64,000 nt of DNA from contig OZ287751.1 in the NCBI GenBank assembly GCA_965649765.1, positions 24,056,001 to 24,120,000 of the forward strand. The letters are read 5' to 3'. A program made the translations under genes and the position numbers. Position 1 is the stretch's first letter; each line of letters opens with the position of its first letter. Positions 23,401 to 38,400 of this stretch are shown here, piece after piece. The stretch is from Bispira polyomma. Taxonomy: Eukaryota. Under the pieces are notes generated by a model. That model searched no databases. It was not told where the DNA came from and was given only the letters and a program-made list of their open reading frames with translations.

Positions 23401-26400
23401 TAGAGAAGGAGAATTCAGAGTCGAACAACACACCCAGGTTGCGTACTTTGGCAGCTGGAAAAAGCCTGCTGCCAAGAATATCAAGTGGGAAACAGCTGGA
23501 CAGTTTTTCCCGTTGCGACTTGGAGCAGAACAAAATAAACTCTGTCTTCTCAGGGTTCAGCTTGAGTTTATTTGCTGCCATCCAGTATTGTACATCGATA
23601 AGGCAGTTCTGTAAGGAATTGAAAGCTGCCTGGGCAGAGTCAGGTGTAAGGTGGATGTACAGTTGGGTATCATCAGCATAGAAGTGAAAGTTTATGTTTT
23701 TGTATGCAGCAATAATCATGCTGAGTGGAGTGGTGTACATGGAAAACAAAATGGGACCCAGGACTAAACCTTGGGGGACACCAAATTTTAACCATGTTGG
23801 GTTGGATAAGATATGGCCAATTTTGACCGATTGGAATCTATCAGACAAATATGCCGTGAACCACTTAAATGCCATACCGCTGATACCGAACCAAGACAAT
23901 AGGCCACTCATGAAGAACTTCGTGATCAATAGTATCAAAGGCTGCTGACAAATCCAGTAGTACCAAGGCAGTAGGTATACCTTTAGATAAAGATGTATAA
24001 ACATCATTTTTGATGCAGCAGTAGTGCAGTCTCAGTAGAATGACCACTTTTGTACACTGACTGATACTTATTGGATAGATTGCTGACATTAAGATGTTGT
24101 TTATCTGTAAGGCAACCGCACGTTCTACCAACTTAGAGATATAGCAAAGGCCTGAGACAGGACGGTAATTTTTCAAGTCAGCCTTTGGAAGAGAAGGTTT
24201 TTTTATTAAAGGAGTGACAATGGCCTTTTGAAAATCATTTGGAAAGATGTCATTGACCAACGAGAGGTTGATAAGTTTTGTGATTGAGGGCAATAAAATG
24301 TCAATACATTCCTTAACAAGGAATGTGGGCCACGGATGTAATAAGCAGAATTTTACCGGTGATGCCAGTACAATTTTCCTGACTTCACCAACATTTACAA
24401 TGGAGAAACAGTTTGAAGACGGTTGGTGGAGCTGTTGGTAAAGGGGCATTTGGGGCAACTGATATAAAACTGTCACAGATTCTGGTAATTTTATCAGTGA
24501 AAAAAGTACTAAAAACGTTTGCCAGTGATTTGCTATTGCTATTTTCGGGTAGTACAGTCTGTTTTTTTTACGGTGGAGGGTGCCGTTTAATTTCTGCCAA
24601 AGTTCCTTCGGGTCACCCTCGCTTTGTGAGATCATGTTGGCATAGTAGGCACGTTTGGAGTCATTGATGTGTTGTTGCATCAGGTAATGCATTGGCGTAG
24701 TGAAATTTATCTTTTTTTAATCTTTTTTTTTATTATTAAATACTTACCTTATCATTACAAGTCAATTTAATTTGGCACTTTGTGAGGATAGGGTAAGGTG
24801 TACTTATCGCAATAAAAACATTAGTTGTAGAGTGTACTAAAGTTTGGGAAGTAAAGTAAAAGTTATATTACACTTAAATGATTTCCGTATGTTAATGGCA
24901 GAGTAAAGCTGTACGTAGTAAAAAAGGATTTCTTGAGTTCAGTTCTATACCATATTTAAAATCTATCACTTAAATTCACAACGTTTCCATTTACATTCAT
25001 CATCTAAACCAATCACAAGAGTTTTTTACAACAAACTTATGTAACTCCACCTCCTTCACATATTTATTTCTAGCTTTGATGGCCAAACTTGACCTCTGCC
25101 TGAATTAGAACTTTAGATTTAATTAAGCTCTAGTTCTGCCCAGAAATAAGGCGAAACATTTCATTATCAACATTAAAAGAATACAGATGAAATTTTGCAG
25201 AAAATCTGGAAAAATGTACACATATTTTGCTGTGCAAAACTATAACAGACACTACAGAACTGGGCCAATATTCTACAAAGAAACTCAAGGTCAAGTCAGA
25301 CTCCACCTTAATGAAGACTATCTGGAAGTCCTCAGGCATGGAATCAACCTGTACTTGTGACTAGTTATTTTAATAGAGATTTTAGCGCTGAATTCAAATA
25401 AACAGTCAGATTTTACTGAACTTCACCCTGTGCAGAGAATTATGGGGGACTTTAGAGCTTGAGTCTGCGTTAAGCTTGAGAATCTTTGTGAATATGGCCC
25501 CTGGTTCACAAGCCTGGTGTATCTTTACCTGTGCCAAAGGAATTTATGTTTTCCTCTCTATCCCTTGGTTTATTTGTACTCAAAATTATATGCAAACTCT
25601 ACTGAATCGATTTACATGACTTTTGGGGGAGGAATGGGCCATGTATTAAAGATTACTCATAATCATATTAAATTATATTAAATTATTATGTGAAAAGACT
25701 ACATTGAACTAATGTGTTGATTTTGTTGAAATACTCGATACAGTGATTTTCTAGAAAAAAGAATAAAAGAAAAGAATATATTAAATGTTGAAGCAAATTT
25801 GGGGTACAAAATTTTTTTTTCCACTTTTAGGAACACTGGGGAATTGGCAGAGGTATGCACCCCACTGAGCGCCCCCAGCCAGTGTTTTGTTTACCTTTAA
25901 TACTGTCCTTCTCTGGAGATCTCTCACTCACATGACTAGAATAAGACTTGAGCAGGTCGTAGTACCTAGGTACACGCTGTACCACCTCAAGGAAATGCTG
26001 CTTCACCTTCATCCTCCGGCACTCAGGAGTTTTCTGGTTAAAACACAAACGATTACATTGTATGATTTTGGTAAGGACTATTTACTGTACTATTACTATG
26101 ACAGTAAAACCTCTATTATCTGAACATGTTAGATTTCATTTTGGATAAAAAAGGAGGTTTATACAATAAAAGAGGTGTTTCGATATTGAACAATAGGAAC
26201 ACATAAATTTAGGAGAGTGGAAATGAGGTCATAAAATCAAATATTCAGATAATAGAAGTTAGAATAATAGAGGTTCTGCTGTATTAAGCCTTTATATATA
26301 GCATAGTCTCATTGAATTGTGTAAAACAAAGAACAAGCAAGATTGTCGCTGTTTCGTTAACAAAAACCACTCATATTAATGAACGCTTTAAATGCCAGAC

Positions 26401-29400
26401 AAAGGCAAGCAAATGCATGTAGCATAATTTTATTACAAATGATGACATGTTGAATTTCAAAATATAAATAAAGTACAAAAAATACATGACTTACAAAGAG
26501 ACACCTGCTATAAAGACAAACACACCTGTCAATTAAATTTCACAACTTCACAAGTCAATGACATCTGTCAATGTGTGTTTTTACTTTAAAACATAAAAGC
26601 TTTCTGAAACAGGCCTACCACTTTTTTATGAAACCAGGGTCTCATATTTATCATAGGTCTTAAACTTAAACTCAGAAACTTAAAATCGTCTTAAAATCTT
26701 TCCCGCTGTAATTTGATTCTTAGTGTAAAATAACGATATGTGAAATATGACAGCATATTTGAGTTCCTGGTTGAAAGCTCTATTAAAATGAATGGTAACA
26801 TGTCTTGGCTGTTTTAGATTGATAAGTAAATCTCTATGTGTAGTATTTGAGCTTAAGCATGACTTTAAGCATGAGCTTATGACATTTGATAAACACAGCC
26901 CCAGGTCCTTCCATGTTATATCACTCCTCAAACACACTTTGACATGAAAATCCCAAAAAACGTGTTCATTATAAAAAATCAAATGTACAGTAGACTTATG
27001 TTGGCTCATTGACAATTCATTACTTTAGTGTATCTTTTTTAATGTATACACATTTGTCAAAAACGTTAAATGTGGTATTAATCTCAACAGCAATGGCATC
27101 CTCTGGTAATAAAAATCTTGTATTTAATAGTACAAGCATCTTTAGACTGCAGTGGAAATTTGATTTAAACAGGTCTTTAGAGCATAGTTTGTCAAAAAGT
27201 TAAGAAATGATTATTTGTCAATATCATATACCTGCAACTGCAAAACGTCTGTGGTTTAAACATTTGGACAGAACTAACATTTTGTTAAATATAACTGACA
27301 TTCAATCGAACATAAAGAGACAAAGGCAATAAAAATGAATAAATCCAGAACTATGGAAAAAAACCACTTATTCAAAATTATCTGTTCATCTGAATATCCA
27401 GATTGACTGAACTAAACTGATGCCTCTAATATTTAGAAAAAGTTGAATATGACATCATTTCTGACCTAAATGATAATCGAGTACAAAGTCCTAGAAACAG
27501 ACATTCCTATTCAACATTTAGTCCATTTTTTTGCTTGTAATACATGTGTATGTTTATTTGTTTAATTAATACAGGGCTACAATCCATCATGGCAATGCCC
27601 TTATGTACAATATGGAGGTTCTACTGGACAATAAAGCTTCTTCTCGCCTTCGAAAGAAGGTTCAAGACTGACACCATACAGTTTTCTCACCACACACTAG
27701 CCAATGTTTTTTGCCTGTTAAAAATTACTTCCACAGAAGATACACTGTAGGCAATCGGTAGATAGTGATTCTGGAATCTGGAAATTAATTTTAAAAACTA
27801 TATAGGTGCTGTAGATATTTAGCATTACAAAATTACTACACAATCATATACAATGTACTTGTTACCAGTTGTAACAGTAGTGTGATGATTACATAAAAAT
27901 CTGATAAAAATTGATTACTTGGATCCTCATAGTAATTATCTACTGCTTACTGACCACACCCACCACGGAGGTTATGTTATTGTCTCTGTCCATTGGTTTG
28001 TTTGTTTGTCTGTCACCAGTTTAATACACAAGAACTACAAAACCAATTTGGTGAAGGGATGGGCCTAAGGGCAGGAGCCAAGCACGAATCCTTTTCATTT
28101 TGGTCGGGATCCGGGTGGTTAAAGGAAAGATCTATACAAATTTGATATAGAGGAACAATCGATTGCCATCTCATTAAGTAATCGCTGAACTCCCCAGTAA
28201 TTCTATGTAAAGACACTAATTTCCCTTGTTGCTACTTGCCACATAACATCCTAATCAAGCTACAAATTGTGTGCTCTATTAGGGCTTTAATCAGGCTAAC
28301 AGTAGAAGTTTAGACAAAAATATTCATAATAACAAGAACTGGTGCTATTTGACACTCTGGGCTGAAACAACAGTTTTGGAGCAGATTGCTCTTGATTACA
28401 GGAAGGAGTCTGCTTACTTTATTGGGTTGTCCTGGTCTAAAATGATAGAGAGGGGGGAAGTGGGAGGGGAGGGGAGGGGGAGACAGGCTCACATTCAGGC
28501 TGTGGAGAGATTTTTGATCTATGAATAGATTTTTTTTTAAATTTCAACCATATCTAAACTGGATAATATATCCCCTCTACAAATTATATCAATTTGAAGA
28601 TGATAAAATAAGGAAATTTAGATTTAAGATTTTTTGTCACTTAAACATCACTTTTAAGACCTGTGTATTATCTATGTCATAAGCAATGGAGCGTATAGCT
28701 GGCCACGGTTTTCTGCATGGCAAATTAGCAGCCTTCAGCAGGTCTACTGCCAACTTTCCCTCATACATGCTGTGGCCAAGTATTTAATCCACAACTGCAG
28801 AGATGGGAGGTGATAGTGTTACCTGTTCGACACCGCTAAGGCCCCTAATAATTAAAGGCAAGGCGATCTTTATTTCTTATTTGTATAATTCGTACACCAT
28901 TGGTATAAATATACACTAACTTTTTGGTCAATAGTTAAAATATTTAATAAATTTATAAGGAAAGTTATGGATTTTATGATGGCAAATAAGCTACCATAAT
29001 TTACTGCTTACTGAATACATAATACATTAACAGTTCCTTACTTCCATATTCCGTGTTACGAGACATTTCAACTTGCAAGACCTAAATATACAAACTTCTC
29101 TATTCTTGTCATAAGCAATAAATGTTTCATAGCAACTTCCAACTGATAAATTACAATTATCAATAACAGAACAAACAAAAGACAGTAACCCACAAGAGTT
29201 AAGTTTTTGTCATGCCAGGTATTGTTCAGCTAATTCTGTCTGAACTGCAGTACACACCAATGGCTCACTGCTCAGCAGCAATGAATGCAACACAAAAAAA
29301 ATAGAAGAACAAAGTGGGGAGCCAAAAACAAAGAGGTAAAGCCCAGGGTTTTCTTCTTACTGACTCCACCGCACCAGGTATAATCAACACACACTTGCAT

Positions 29401-32400
29401 TGCAAGGCACTTTTATGTTTCCCTAGAATGACTTTAGTCACACTTACCTAATAACCAGTGCTTGGAAAAAACCCTCTACAAACTGAGGCTTTGGGGTCCG
29501 CAACTTAAACTCCTGCTTAAACTCAAATACCACAGATATAATTTTCCTTATTTAATGGGAATAACGTGACATGTTACTGTGTTGTTTTCATATAGCTAAT
29601 TTTAGCCAGAAACTCAAATACAAAATCGGATTTTAGATATCTTTATTGAACATACAGCTGGGCATATCTTCAGATTATTGAGACTTCGAGCCCTTTGATA
29701 AATATAGTCCCAGAGCTGGTGTTCACAAATATTCTTTTTTTTTTGTTTCAATCGATTTGATTGGCCGAATAAGAATATTTTTTTTTATTCAAAGAATGTT
29801 TGTGAAGATGGCTTCTAGGTCTTAAAGTCTTAACAAAGATGAGATCCTATAATATAGATACATGTAAGTACCGTATTTAAGGTCAAGCTTGTCTACAAAG
29901 ACCCTCTAGGACATAAGGCTATATACATGTCAACATACAAACAAAACAGTAGCAAGGGTTACTTTAAGTTAGGCCCGCTTTACGCAGGCAATTGCTGAAT
30001 ATAGGTCTACTCTGGTACAGATTTGATTTAGACCAAATACATTTGACAAGATTCCTCACTGTTATTTTGATGGCGGAATCGTGAAAAGACAATCTAGCAG
30101 TAAAATACAGCCATATATTCGGCGTCAGCATACTCAGGCTACATTAAACTGTACATGCAGTTACCAGATATTTCAGAATAACTTTTACAATGCTACTGCA
30201 TGGAGACAAAGGTTTTTAACTTTTATATCAACCGAATTTTATGGAAACAGAAATAAACCACAATAAAAGGTGGACTAAAAGTAAGTGAAAATACTGGGAT
30301 TTGTCATGATATTTTCTCATATAGATCCTTGACATTATTAGCCCAAGGAAATGAGAACTGTGAAATGCAATTATTTGGAGTCTACAATAAAGTCACTGAC
30401 ACTCGTGGTGTCTTGGTCCTCACAATCATTGAAGATATTTCCCCTTTTTACTTTTAATTTCTTTTTCATGCTTTATAGTTACCATTGTTGACCTACATGT
30501 ACATCATAATGTGTATATTTTGTATTTTAGTCGATAATTTACATGTGCTATCGATTCCTATCCTTGTTCGTGTGTCACAGTTTTCACACTAAACTAAACT
30601 ACAACCAACAAAATCTAGATAGTCAGATGTCTTGAGTGCCTATCAAACTGAACTGAAATACTCAAGCCCGTGACCGCACTTGTCATTTTTCGCAACCCTT
30701 CAGAAAATAGTATCAGTACTTTTACTCACAAACTTACACTATGTAAGTGGCAAAAATATATACTTTAAAGAAAGTTTCAATGTATGACAACCCTATAGAA
30801 TTTATTTTTGGTTTTACTATTGTCCCCTTAATTACCATTTCCAAGACTATTTATTTAGCCATGTTTGTTGGACATGGTTAAAGACACACTGCCACTACCT
30901 GCAATTGTGGCCCAGGAATACCATACCCACTTGGGAACACAGAGGACCTGGATTCAATGTCAGTCTGGGGCTCCAAAATATAGGCAGATACAAATTGGCT
31001 CAGATGTCACCACATAAAATTAGTGGTCCTCTGTCAGTGTATCCTATCCTGAGTAGTAGGTTAAAGGGGAGTTCCACACTCAGGATTTGGTTCCCGACAT
31101 TCCCGACTTTGTGATCGATAACAGAAAATCGGCGAAACGTATAGGTCGGGGGCCGAAAACGGGGTGGTCGGGAAGAATTTCAAACATGTTTGATTTTTTG
31201 TAAAAGTGTCCCGACGTGTCCGCGACCTATAAAAACGGGAAGATCGGCTTCGGCAAATAAGTTCGATCCTAATGTCTTAATATCCATCCAGGCCTGTCCT
31301 AACACTGGCCAGTAGAAACGTACAGGTCGGGGGGCAAAAACGGGGTGGACTGGAAGGTCAGGAAGAATACAGACACACATTTTAAGCCTAGTTTGTCATT
31401 TTGTCAGTCCCGACAACTGAATTCAGTTTGAAAGTTTACTTTTGCGACAGCAAACCCACTTCCGGTGCAGTTCATGTACACAAACAATGAAATTATTTGC
31501 TGTAATTTACAACAAACTTTCATCAAAAATGAGGTTTAAACAGGTATTATTTCTTTTATTTCAGTTGCAATAACCTCATTTTGTCATCTATATTATACCA
31601 TAACAGTCCCGACTTTGACTTTTTATACGTTCGATCCTTATGGTCAGGGACATGAATCCGTCAGATCGTATTGCTGACAAGTTTGATCCTAGGGCGATAC
31701 GTCAGATCCTATCACTAGTAAAGTAAGATCGAGGTCGCGGGCCCGTCAAAACGGGGCGCAATCAGTTCAATCGGCAAGGTCGGGACACATTTTCATTTTC
31801 CCGCCCAAAAAGTGCATTTTTCACAATTTTTGGTCCCCACCACCCCAACTTTAAAGTCGGGGACGTTTTTCCGATCGAACTTGAATGTGGAACCCCTCTT
31901 TAAGAAACTTTTATAAACTTTGATAAATGGTCATCTTCCAGCCTCCTCTGTCTTTTTAGAATTTCTTACCAAGTGTTTTGGCCCTGGGAAAAGTTGGCAT
32001 AAAAGCAGCAAAGATTTTAATTAAATTTCAATGATATGACCTGGGGCTGGAGTGATTATGGTCTCCAACTGTAGGATCATTTCAGATTATGTAAGTTATG
32101 TAACATGATGTTAACATTATTACAGGTAACAGGACACGGTTGCTGTGGACTTACCTCCACATTCTGTATGAGTTTCTGGAAAATCAGCGAAGTTTTTTAA
32201 AAATTTTAATGAGATGGCCTGGTGGAGTGATTATAGTCTGCTACTGCCGGGTCATATCAGATTCTATGTTAAATAACACGAGGATAATAATATTAGTGGT
32301 AACAGGAGACAGTTGTTGTGGACTTACCTCCACTTCCTGTACGAGTTTTTGGAAGACCTGACACTTTTCCATCCAGACAGTCATAGTGGTCATGGCCGTG

Positions 32401-35400
32401 TAGAAGTTCTCCACAAACTCATGGTACAGCACAAAATAGGGAAGGACTTCCTTCATGATGTCATCGACACGTGGGCAGAACTTCCTGTGTGTAAGAATAC
32501 AGAGAGGGATGTTAGGTTATCGAGGGTTTAACATCGCTTTCAACACATCTTGTGTCATATGATGACAGGTAGTTCACCGGTGGAGAAAATCAGAGCAGCG
32601 GAAGTTGGTGTAGCGTTTTCTGTTCTGCAAGCCACCATCCTTCGGCAAGTCTACTACCATGCAGAGAGAGAGAGTTAAGGACTATGGAACAGTATTACTT
32701 TTTTCAGAGATAATCACCGTTAAATTCAGGATATGCGTCAACTGCTGCAGCACCACTTAAAAGTATCCAAACTACAATTTGATGAATGCATTGAGATTCG
32801 GCCAGATAAATATTTTAAATTATTTTAACTGTCTTATTACTGCGTATTTGTCAGACAAATTTTCCTATGGTGATGTGTTTTAAACAGGTTTTTTAAACAA
32901 TAGTGTAATATTTTAGTAAATCCTGGTTCATGGGCTTTTATCCACGAATAGACCTCCCTATCCCCTACCTCGGTGAAGTTGTGGCGTATTTGTACCAATC
33001 TGATACAAACCTGTGCCACGAAACTGACACGCACCTCCACTAAGACCTACTAATTGACACATAACTCCACTAAGACCCACTGACATGTACCTCCACTAAG
33101 ACCCGCTAACTGACACGTACCGCCACTAAGAATTTCAGTCCCCCAGGATGAGGGGGCATTTAAATGTCATTTTACCTTCATCAATTGTCTAACTAGTTTA
33201 GTAGAGGGTCAGTAATTTGAATTTAAAACCTCTCTTTTACCCAATTTGTAAAAGTTGAAATAAAACTAGTCAATACAAACAGGTTAGAAGTTGTACACAA
33301 ACAGTATTAATTTTAATCTATTCAGTTTTTCTGCATTGGTTTTACTGGTATATTCATCATAACCTTGTTCTATCTTTGTCTCAGGGAAAGACATATGTTT
33401 ATGTTGATAAACAAAAATAAATTCCTCTTCCTTCTTAAAAAGTTTCAACTCTACAAATCTTCCTTTATTTAGATGCTTGAATTTATGAAATTTAATACTA
33501 AGTATTCTAAGTCTAGATTTGATGTATCACTATAAACAAAATAAATTGACCTTTAAGTTATTTCTGCTAAATCTACGACACCTAGATGCCCCACCGAGTT
33601 AAACACCCCCACTTACAGCTCCTAACACCAAGACTTATGCTATCAAAAGTTCTAAATACAGGAGACACAAGGTTCTATCATAAGGGATCCTCACCAATCT
33701 GAGGACAACTCCCTGTGTGTGTTTGTCAAGGGAAGGTCTAGAGGAGCATGGGGTATAGGGTGGAATTGAGGAGGTCAGGTCCAGCCCCTTTTTTATTCAT
33801 TACTTGGTGTGTTGATATACAGTGAAAACCCTAAGTCAAGTTGATTTACCTTTTATATAGAAGATTAAAGAGTAGTTCTACAAAGAATTTTTATTTAAAT
33901 ATATCCAATTTTACCTTTTAAGTGGAAATACTGCTTAAGTAGACGTAGTTTATAATACTGGTCCCTTGAGGATCAACTTAAAGGGGGGCTTAACTGTATA
34001 TGTGCTAAGCAGTGTATCGCCTTTTCTCTGCAGTAATGAGAGTAACCAAAAACTTTATAGTTGACTGGCAAAATATTAACGATTATATGCCCATAAATTA
34101 CATTACTAACCTAAATAAAAATGCAATCAAAAGCAAAATTTCGGCACATATTTGAATTTAAAAAACGTGGGACATAGTATTGTGAAGTTTATAGTAGAAA
34201 TGATTTGTACTGGTAGAATTTGGTAAAATGTATACAAATTTAGCAACCAGCTTTTAGTGGGATAAGTATCTAATTTTAGATTCTTTCCTGCGAGTATTAA
34301 TGGCGAATGGTTTTAAATGTAATGGATGATATATTCAATAAACATGTTTTCCGCATTAAGTATGTACACTTTAAAGAGCACAAAAACTTTGTGTCACTGA
34401 GCAAGATTCCAGGAAAAACTTATTGGATGCAAGTGTAATAATTTCTTTCTAAAATAAGACACACTCAGTCATAGAATGTAGTCTGATTTTTCTATCTTCA
34501 ATAACTGAAACAAAAAAAAATTAAGAATAAGGAAAAAGTTGTTTACCTATTGGCCCACCTTACATAATGTAGCAAAAAATGTGTTTTATTAAACACAGAG
34601 AAAATATTGATACATACAACATAATTAAAGACATGCTTACATTACCTCTGACACATAGAGAGTTCGGTCTGTAGAGGAATTTCTAAAGAACCCAAAATCT
34701 TTTAAGGCCTTTTTTTGAGTCCAACAACATGCTCAGATATCAGTGACGCAAATCTCTGCTTACACTTCAAATATGGTAAAATTGGGACTGCATACTTATT
34801 GTCCATGTTCAGAACATGACTGAACAATAAATGGTAATGAGAAAAACTTTGTTTTTAGAATTTAAGAGTCCAAAATATAAATTATCTCTTAAAAAAAGAG
34901 AAATGTCTATATCCTTCATGCGAGACCTCCATAAAACAATGAGAAAATACAGACCGACTGTGATGTGACGTGGTTTTGTAGTTTACGACATGATGCAGAA
35001 GCTTTAGTTAAACAATTTCTATGTTGCCTGTTAGGTTGCTCATTGAAATAGATAGAAAAGGTTATAGCACACAAGAATGACCATGTGAGATTGATTATAA
35101 TTAATTACAGTGTGTCACTTTTGTTGTCATACCAGGCAGTTGTAAATAACTTAAGAGCGCAGTGTACGGTTACACTGGTCTTGGTCAGTTAAAGCTCTTT
35201 AAGCTATATTCGGATAGATAACTGTTATGTATTCTTATCCTATTATATATGGTAAACTTAGACTTCAATTTAAAAATATATATATCCTATATATATTAGG
35301 ATCGCTTAGATCATTTCAGTAAAATGCATAAGCAAGACTGAGCTTTCTTTAAGGGAAGTTTCAAAAGGGGTTCTAAAAATAGCGACTTAAATAAGCTGGG

Positions 35401-38400
35401 TTTTTTCAAGCTTATCTTAATATTGTCCATACCCTTTGTCCATACATCTATAGCAAAAGGTATAAGTATACATCTTTATGTTTACATGAACTTGGTATTT
35501 CTACAAACTTATCCCAGTCTTCATGCTATTTTGTTTAACCTATAATTTACATTTTGTTATATTTCAGTGCTATTTCAGCATATTTGTGGTACTATGAAAA
35601 GGTTGGGGTGTCAGAAAATATTGATCTGACATTATTAACACTTCTTGAGTTAGACTTCATTTTTACAAATCATATTTTTTTTTAAAAGATCACTATCTTC
35701 CCCTTATATAACTGTGATAAGTCACCGCTAACTTCACAATCTTCCTCTTCATTCGACAGCCACGTTATAAGTCAGATGTCTATGGCGTCAACTTTTCCCA
35801 TGGCTCGGGCAACAGACAAGTACACATTTATTCATCAATATACAAAGATAACATGCAGTATTACATACATACCAGTTATTTAGTCTTTCCTCCACCAGAG
35901 GCAGCACAGTAGATGTATGCAGACTGAAGATTCTCTCTATATTGGAGAAGATCTTAGTGACCACGTCGGGAGGCAGAACGTGGATATCCTGGACGTTATT
36001 GAGGACTTTCACATTGAGTAGCACTACCTGGTGGAGAGAAAAAAACAATAATAACACTCATGCAGATTGTCCTCACTAATGGTCCCTGAACTAATGGTCC
36101 CTGTACTAATGGTCCCTGTTCAACCCCTGCATCCTTCCTCACGACCTAGGCTATGTTTTTCTGGACTTATCTATGGACATGAACTCATTCTGTTGGTGCA
36201 CTTTAAAAGATGCAGTTCAGGGATGAGCATTAACACAGGCCTGATGGCTAATTCTAATGTTGTCCTTTAGAAGATGCTTGGCACCAATAAAGCTCATTAA
36301 AAATTCACAATACAATTCTATATCAAACAACTACAAGTCTTTTTATATTGTATTACAGGGGGAATTCCTCATTGTTACAGATCAGGGGAGGTCAGAATAC
36401 CAATCTGCATTTACCTCTGCCAAAAATGTTATGTTTGACCTTTGTAAATGATCTTGTTACCTGGAGTGCACTAACAGTACTAAACCAGTGCACATGTAAT
36501 TTGGTGGAAGAACAAAACATGCCCCCTATACAAAAGAGCCCGTTAACTTTTTGGGCACTTGACTAAATGCCCAGCTCAATATTAAATCTCTCTGTTAAAG
36601 TTGAAATGCGCATTTATCTTTTTAGTATAAAACATTAAAGCATAAGGTTTTGTATTATATGTTGTAGTTTAAAACAAAACGCTGTTCACCAGTTTATTGT
36701 TGTTTAAACTGTCACAACATACATATCTACTGGACCAAGTGGGTTTTCAGTAAATTTATATGATGTTTATGACAATATAGCCTTGCTCACGGCTCATAAT
36801 TTTGAAAAAAGTATCGTCCATATATTGTCCAGATCCTGTTTTGTGTAGAACAAAGCCTAGGCTCAGATATTCACAAATATTCTTATTCTTAGACTTCTAT
36901 TTCAACCATTTTAATTGGCTGAAAATATTTTTTTAAAACAATCCGGCTGATTACCGAACAAAAACTCTAAGAATTATATTCTAAGAAAGCTTGTGAATAT
37001 GGTCCCAGTGGTGACATATATACGATTACATAATGTTAAATTAAATGTATGCATATTTTTGGATTTTTGTATTGTATTGTACATTTTTAACACGCCTTAT
37101 TGATGCTAGGCATCTTCTAAGGCGCAACATCAGAATCGATCACCCGATAGAAAAATGAAAAAACATAGCCAGATAAGTTATGTTCTGAATCAAATAGTAC
37201 TTTTTTTCACAAACTTGAGCCACAAGCAACAATTAAGGCTACTGAAAATACAAAACACATCTGGCAGTTTTGGCAGCACCAATTATTTATTGTTTACACC
37301 ACTTTTTGCAATAGACAATAGAGACTGTAGTGGAGGTTTGCCACACAGTGTCATTCTAAGTTAACCCTACACATATATATCAAACTGAATAACCTGAAAA
37401 CACATTTAAAAAATAAAAACATGTTTTGATCAAGCAAACATCTATTTTTAAATAACCTGGCTTGTATAAATCGTATAAAAATTGAAAAAAAAAATCTCTG
37501 ATTCAAGTAAATGCATAAACACCTGTACACAAATGGCGCATGTTTATAATACAGATAGGATTAACGCATAATCAATTTGCACTTGTAAGTAAGCCTATAT
37601 TTAAATGTAGCATACTGACGATTGCCAATTGTAGGGGGACCCGATTCTCAGCAGCCGATTCTAGTGTTTCTATTATAGTCGATTTTACAGACATATTTTA
37701 TGAGGTAAAGACTCATGCATGATAAGGATTTGGAAAAATTCTTGTGAATTTTAAATTCATTTTATACTTGGTTGACAAGCTGGAAACCGACACTGACAGT
37801 TTTTTCACCGATTAGCAAAAAAAAATCAACCGTGTCCGACGACCTGCCATTGGTGTCTATGAAATGGGAACACATAAAGATCAAAAAAGAGAAACCATAG
37901 AATCGGCATTGCAGCTCTCGGCCATTGACTGTCAGCAGTCGGCAAAATGGAAAGTAAGTTTATTTAAAATTATGATAGGGGCTTCGGTGAGGCAGTGCTG
38001 ACACACTCGCCGCCCACCTCTATGGTTCCGGTTCCAATCTTGAATGGGGCTTTAACTAGGAAAGTTGGCAGTTACTTGACAATGGTCACTGGTTTCCAGT
38101 GTGGAATCTTGACCAACTAGTATACACCAGTTTACCTCCAGCACTGAAACTGCCTGTCATGATATGACCTGTACTATGTATTGAAAGTGGCGTCAAAGTC
38201 CAATTCAAATTTTAAAATAAATCAAGATTATGATATATTCCTCTCAATACCCCCCATGTAGATTTCACACACAAAAGATGTTTTAATATTCTACAGAACT
38301 TAACACTATTACCATCTACTCTGAAATTGCTCGAGGTTCTGGTACTAACAATATACTGAGAACGTGTTTTTTGTACTCTGTAACCTCTCAAAAACATGAC

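Noticed and set aside
22666-24696. Active LINE or domesticated RT gene
   Set aside because: 5'-truncated, no endonuclease domain or ORF1, multiple frameshifts.
25130-25500. Possible DH exon / 69-aa ORF
   Set aside because: The sequence resembles the local MITE families; the real bridging exon is 22342-22284.
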